Source of the DNA: Saccharolobus islandicus REY15A
Lineage (GTDB): Archaea > Thermoproteota > Thermoprotei_A > Sulfolobales > Sulfolobaceae
Reading direction: 5' to 3' (one strand)
Length of the DNA: 64,000 nt
Assembly: GCF_000189555.1 (NCBI RefSeq)
Contig: NC_017276.1
In this document: positions 57,601 to 64,000 of the stretch, piece by piece
How positions within the stretch are numbered: the first letter of the stretch is position 1
Layout of the letters: each line of letters opens with the position of its first letter
The notes under the pieces: generated by a model
The model's input: the letters and a program-made list of their open reading frames with translations, nothing else
Database searches by the model: none
Told to the model about the DNA's origin: nothing
Made by a program: the position numbers and the translations under genes

Positions 57601-60600
57601 TCTCCTATTATTTGCCTCTCGGCAGCTAATCTACTATAGAATTGAAAGTAAGTGTTACGATCTTTTTTACCGACCCTTTTTCTGATTGCTAATCTACTAT
57701 AGAATTGAAAGATTCTGTTCTTTGAGAACGGGTATGAGACTATCTTTAGGCTAATCTACTATAGAATTGAAAGAATATAATTCTTGTAAGCCTAACACAA
57801 TTTTTCTAACTTGGCTAATCTACTATAGAATTGAAAGATTCTGTTGTAATAGTTCTTGTAATTCTTGTAATGTTAACAGCTAATCTACTATAGAATTGAA
57901 AGTCACTCTATTAGGCTATTGTTGTTTGTGCTTCTTCCCTGTGCTAATCTACTATAGAATTGAAAGAAAATGTTAAACATTCTAAGATCTTGAAAATCTG
58001 TTCTTGGCTAATCTACTATAGAATTGAAAGTCTTCTTAGTTACTTTGTTTACGAAATCAATTGCATCCTGCTAATCTACTATAGAATTGAAAGATTTTGG
58101 GTTGAAAAATAATTATATAATTAATAACTAGCTAATCTACTATAGAATTGAAAGGGCTGGATAAACTGCACGTGCACCGGTGTTTGGCTAGCGGGCAGCT
58201 AATCTACTATAGAATTGAAAGGCGGGAATTGGTGTGGAAACTCTATCACAATCCACCTTCTCCAGGCTAATCTACTATAGAATTGAAAGATGGAATTCTT
58301 TCTATATACGCGACCTTTAGGATAACTATAATGCTAATCTACTATAGAATTGAAAGGCTAGCTGCGAAATTTGTATCGTTAGCTCGTAAGGCAGACGCTA
58401 ATCTACTATAGAATTGAAAGCATTGACCTTAAACGTTACAACTCTCACGGGATCACCTCATAGCTAATCTACTATAGAATTGAAAGTTATTTTATCAGTA
58501 GGTACACCTCTGACTATTTTTAATTGCTAATCTACTATAGAATTGAAAGACACTGTATGTTATGATATGAAAACCTGGAAGGAACTCGATGCTAATCTAC
58601 TATAGAATTGAAAGTTTTGATTTATTTATACTGTTTATTAACCTTAAGATTTTTTTCAGCTAATCTACTATAGAATTGAAAGAGGAATGTAAAATGTACC
58701 GCCCTAGGAAACACGAAACTCCGCTAATCTACTATAGAATTGAAAGTCGGAAGAGATAGTTAATTCAATAGTTGTTTTTTCAGTCTTGGTGCTAATCTAC
58801 TATAGAATTGAAAGAACGGTAAAAACGCGTAAAACAACCTATTTTGGGTTGGCTAATCTACTATAGAATTGAAAGTTCTGCACTACTCCTAACCTTAGTT
58901 AATACGACACCTATTAGCTAATCTACTATAGAATTGAAAGAATTTAATTTCCAAAATTACAATTCCTAATGGAATAGCGGGAAGCTAATCTACTATAGAA
59001 TTGAAAGTTAATTTCAACAAAGAAAGAGCCGAATTACTTAACGATCTGCTAATCTACTATAGAATTGAAAGTATACTGGAATGAACCCAATACTAACTTC
59101 TACATATGCACAAGCTAATCTACTATAGAATTGAAAGGCAGGGTTCGTAGATACTTAAAAGAGCTGTACGGGGAAGCTAATCTACTATAGAATTGAAAGT
59201 CCTCTGATGTTGGTGCTAGTTTTACTATCAGCGATGGCAAGCTAATCTACTATAGAATTGAAAGAATTTGCATCTTTATATAGAGAGTACAAGTTCTTTA
59301 TCTGCTAATCTACTATAGAATTGAAAGTTTCCAGAACACGAATCTCGTCTTTTAGTTTATTTAATTTGCTAATCTACTATAGAATTGAAAGTAAATTGTA
59401 TACATTTCACCTGCTAATTTATATATAACAACATGCTAATCTACTATAGAATTGAAAGATTACTGGATCTTTGAGTCCTATTATTCCTATTACTTTGTTA
59501 TGCTAATCTACTATAGAATTGAAAGATGATCATACATCATGTCATAACTTTTCATGAGTTTCTACGCGCTAATCTACTATAGAATTGAAAGTTAGCAATA
59601 ATTACGCCCGAGATCATAGGACTGGCTTATGGGCTAATCTACTATAGAATTGAAAGTCTGTTACGCCGAGTGCCGGTAACACTTGAGCCATTTGCGCTAA
59701 TCTACTATAGAATTGAAAGCAGTTAATGTCGTTAAGTTCTAGGTTTAGCAAAAGTCGAGCTAATCTACTATAGAATTGAAAGTATATTAAGGAGATTCCT
59801 AATTCTGAATGCTAACTCTTTGCTAATCTACTATAGAATTGAAAGGGTCTAGCCGTAATTAATGGGAAAAATTGATATGACTGCTAATCTACTATAGAAT
59901 TGAAAGTTTGTAAATTGTATTATATATCCATTCATATCTACAGATCGCTAATCTACTATAGAATTGAAAGGCTCCACCGCCTTTTACCATTCCCTGAATA
60001 TGATAATAGTGCTAATCTACTATAGAATTGAAAGCTTTCTTTCTGCTTTTCGTACTAGGTTTTTCTTCTTTTTCTGCTAATCTACTATAGAATTGAAAGA
60101 AAGTTTCACCGAGTGGTCTATGGTTATTAATAAAATATGCTAATCTACTATAGAATTGAAAGGAGTAAAATCCTAACTTTGAAAGGTAGGCGTCTAAAAA
60201 ATTGTTGTCCAGCTAATCTACTATAGAATTGAAAGAAAAAAGACTTAATAGTTACAGCAAAAATGGTCAAAAAAATACAGGCTAATCTACTATAGAATTG
60301 AAAGATACTTTTTAACGTTTTCATTTATCATGTTTCTATCACTAAGCTAATCTACTATAGAATTGAAAGCTCCTTTTTCTCCTATAGTAGGAATAGATAA
60401 ACAACTTCGCTGCTAATCTACTATAGAATTGAAAGTTCGTACTGTCCTCTCAGCAAAGCCCTATATTTTTTCGTGCTAATCTACTATAGAATTGAAAGAA
60501 AGGAACACCAATTCCTATTCCTACAGCTGCAGCTGTGCCGGCTAATCTACTATAGAATTGAAAGTTATTGAATAAAACAGAGTACAAAATATTTAGTGGT

Positions 60601-60629
60601 GATAAGCTAATCTACTATAGAATTGAAAG
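54642..60629 (+). CRISPR. CRISPR array 2: 93 repeats / 92 spacers (manual count)
   Basis: Same 24-bp repeat on the plus strand; spacers about 37-49 nt. Confidence 0.98.
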
Positions 60630-60803
60630 TATTATGGCCTATGATTTTGACACACTTTCCTCAATTTTCCTTTCATAATCAAATTATTATATAAATTAAT
60701 AAATTAAACGAGAAAACTCTTTAGTGAATTTACTGCACGTAATACGGGATATCTTTTTCCGTTGATGAGAAAAATTTAATACTTTATTTTTCGGATTTAG
60801 GGT

Positions 60804-61415
<612 letters not shown>

Positions 61416-61456
61416 TTTTTCCAGGTTTATGAAAAATCTTTTCGTTCACAAGAAAT

Positions 61457-61471
61457 AGAAAGTTTTATATA
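61457..61471 (+). promoter_or_regulatory. BRE/TATA of the Cascade (csa5) operon
   Basis: AGAAAGTTTTATATA ending about 23 nt before the csa5 ATG. Confidence 0.6.
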
Positions 61472-61493
61472 TTGGGGTAGTAAAGAGAATAAT

Positions 61494-61925
61494 ATGGCAC
61501 AACAAGTAAAAGAAGAGAAGGAGGGTATCATAGGGAGGGTAGCCAACTTGTTGGCTGTGGGCTTCCTCTATAGTGAGTCTCCAACACTAGTGGATAGGTT
61601 TGCTAATGCCTTATCCAAAGAGGCTGTGACTAAGGTTCTATATGATGTTCAAAGGATTGTACAGATGGGTATTGATAGGAGTGAGATAGTGAGCACAACA
61701 ACTATGATTCAAGGAAAGGAATATCCCGCTGTTAACGTGTCTTCAAGTGAGGGGAAGTACACGGTAGTAGGTTATCTACCGACTAACCAAGATATAGAAT
61801 ATTTTCTTAGGATAATTGAGGAAGATGTGTATTATGCTAGGAAGGCTGGTGCGTTAGCCATGAGTATAGCAAATAGGATTAAGTTAGGTAGTAAGAGTGA
61901 ACAAGGTGGTGGTGAGAAGAAATGA
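61494..61925 (+). CDS. csa5: Csa5 (Cas11) small subunit
   Basis: [18 protein letters not shown]; position before cas7. Confidence 0.9.
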   Translation: MAQQVKEEKEGIIGRVANLLAVGFLYSESPTLVDRFANALSKEAVTKVLYDVQRIVQMGIDRSEIVSTTTMIQGKEYPAVNVSSSEGKYTVVGYLPTNQDIEYFLRIIEEDVYYARKAGALAMSIANRIKLGSKSEQGGGEKK

Positions 61926-62887
61926 TAAGTGGTTCAGGTAGATTTTTAGTAAATCTGGAGTCGCTGAATGGTGTTGAGAGTATAGGGAACTTAACCAAGC
62001 ACAGAACCGCTCCAGTTGTGTTAAAGACTTCAACCGGTTATTTAGTGAGGTATGTTCCAGTGATTTCCGGAGAAGCCTTAGCTCATGCCTATCAGGCAAG
62101 CCTAGTGGATATAGCTAAAAAGGAGGGATTGCCTGTAGGTAATTTATCTTCTCAATACGAGTTCATAAAGTTCTCAACTGATGAGGCGTTAAAGATTGAA
62201 GGGATAAAGGAACCCAAGGATTATAACGATGCGAGGAGGTTCGAGGTAGAGGTAATGCTTAAGGACACTATCGCTGATATTGGAGGTTTCATGTACGCTG
62301 GAAATGCTCCGGTAAGAAGGACGTCAAGGATAAAGTTGGGTTACATGATACCGGCCTTAAGAGGGGACGAAATACCTGCACAACTAGAAGCGCAATTTCA
62401 CGTGAGGTTCTCAAATAAGCCTGTTAGGGGTTCTCAAGCTATCTTCAACGTGGAAGTGTCCTCTGCCCTCTACACGTTTTCGTTTGAACTTGACGAAGAC
62501 TTGATAGCAGTTCCATCAACTGTGGGGGAAAAGGTCAAGGGTGAAGAGGAGTTAGAAAGGCAAAAGGCTCGAAGGGTTGACTCTGCAATTAAAGCTCTTT
62601 ACTCTTTGCTAGCGGGTAATTTCGGAGGGAAGAGGTCTAGGTTCTTACCATCCATGAAGTTGATGTCTTTAGTAGTAACGAAGACTGATTTCCCATTTGT
62701 ACCGGAACCTGGGCATGACGATAGTTACATTAAGACCACTGTTATGAGGTTAGAGAAGGCTAAAAGTGTATTGAACGGAAATGTGGCTAAGGTCTATGTA
62801 ATCAACAACGAGGGTATAGAAGTGGGTGAAGGGGCCACAGTACTGTCAAGTGTTGAGGATTTGGTAGGTAAATTAAAGGAAAAGTAG
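61922..62887 (+). CDS. cas7: Cas7 (Csa2)
   Basis: [37 protein letters not shown]. Confidence 0.95.
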   Translation: MISGSGRFLVNLESLNGVESIGNLTKHRTAPVVLKTSTGYLVRYVPVISGEALAHAYQASLVDIAKKEGLPVGNLSSQYEFIKFSTDEALKIEGIKEPKDYNDARRFEVEVMLKDTIADIGGFMYAGNAPVRRTSRIKLGYMIPALRGDEIPAQLEAQFHVRFSNKPVRGSQAIFNVEVSSALYTFSFELDEDLIAVPSTVGEKVKGEEELERQKARRVDSAIKALYSLLAGNFGGKRSRFLPSMKLMSLVVTKTDFPFVPEPGHDDSYIKTTVMRLEKAKSVLNGNVAKVYVINNEGIEVGEGATVLSSVEDLVGKLKEK

Positions 62888-62902
62888 AGGGGCAAGAGAG
62901 AT

Positions 62903-64000
<1,098 letters not shown>

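Noticed and set aside
54926-58069. Resemblance between array 2 spacers 5 and 53 (CTTCTTAGT...TTTACGAAA)
   Set aside because: Translations do not agree; likely AT-rich coincidence
60700-60720. 10-nt match (GAGAAAACTC) to the SMN1 guide upstream of csa3b
   Set aside because: Too short and the adjacent 5' bases are TAAAC, not TTTAA; expected by chance

Overview
AT-rich Sulfolobales chromosome segment, very probably Saccharolobus (Sulfolobus) islandicus REY15A or a derivative. This rests on two divergent CRISPR arrays that I counted by hand as 115 and 93 copies of GCTAATCTACTATAGAATTGAAAG, flanking csa1-cas1-cas2-cas4/csa3a, which matches my recollection of that strain. Bases 1-43 kb hold acyl-CoA and aromatic-acid catabolism (acyl-CoA synthetases, acyl-CoA dehydrogenase, two atypical thiolase-fold proteins with two DUF35 partners, iorAB, class III CoA-transferase, MFS), the glyoxylate shunt (aceB, aceA), gdhA, ilvC, rfbC and toxin-antitoxin-like pairs. 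Interspersed is a dense layer of mobile DNA: an intact IS605-type tnpA/tnpB element, an ISH3 element nested in an SMN1-type MITE, and several tnpB remnants. Bases 43-64 kb are the type I-A CRISPR-Cas locus. The leading candidates for undescribed biology are: (i) three ~320-bp non-autonomous elements that keep a promoter, a tnpB-derived structured RNA end and a unique flanking guide, i.e. possible guide-only omegaRNA cassettes for TnpB in trans; (ii) cas1 lacking a canonical start and lying in frame with csa1 (ATT start or read-through); (iii) a 34-codon ORF filling the cas1-cas2 gap; (iv) two spacers that differ only at synonymous positions of the same peptide. All counts and alignments were done by eye, without tools.
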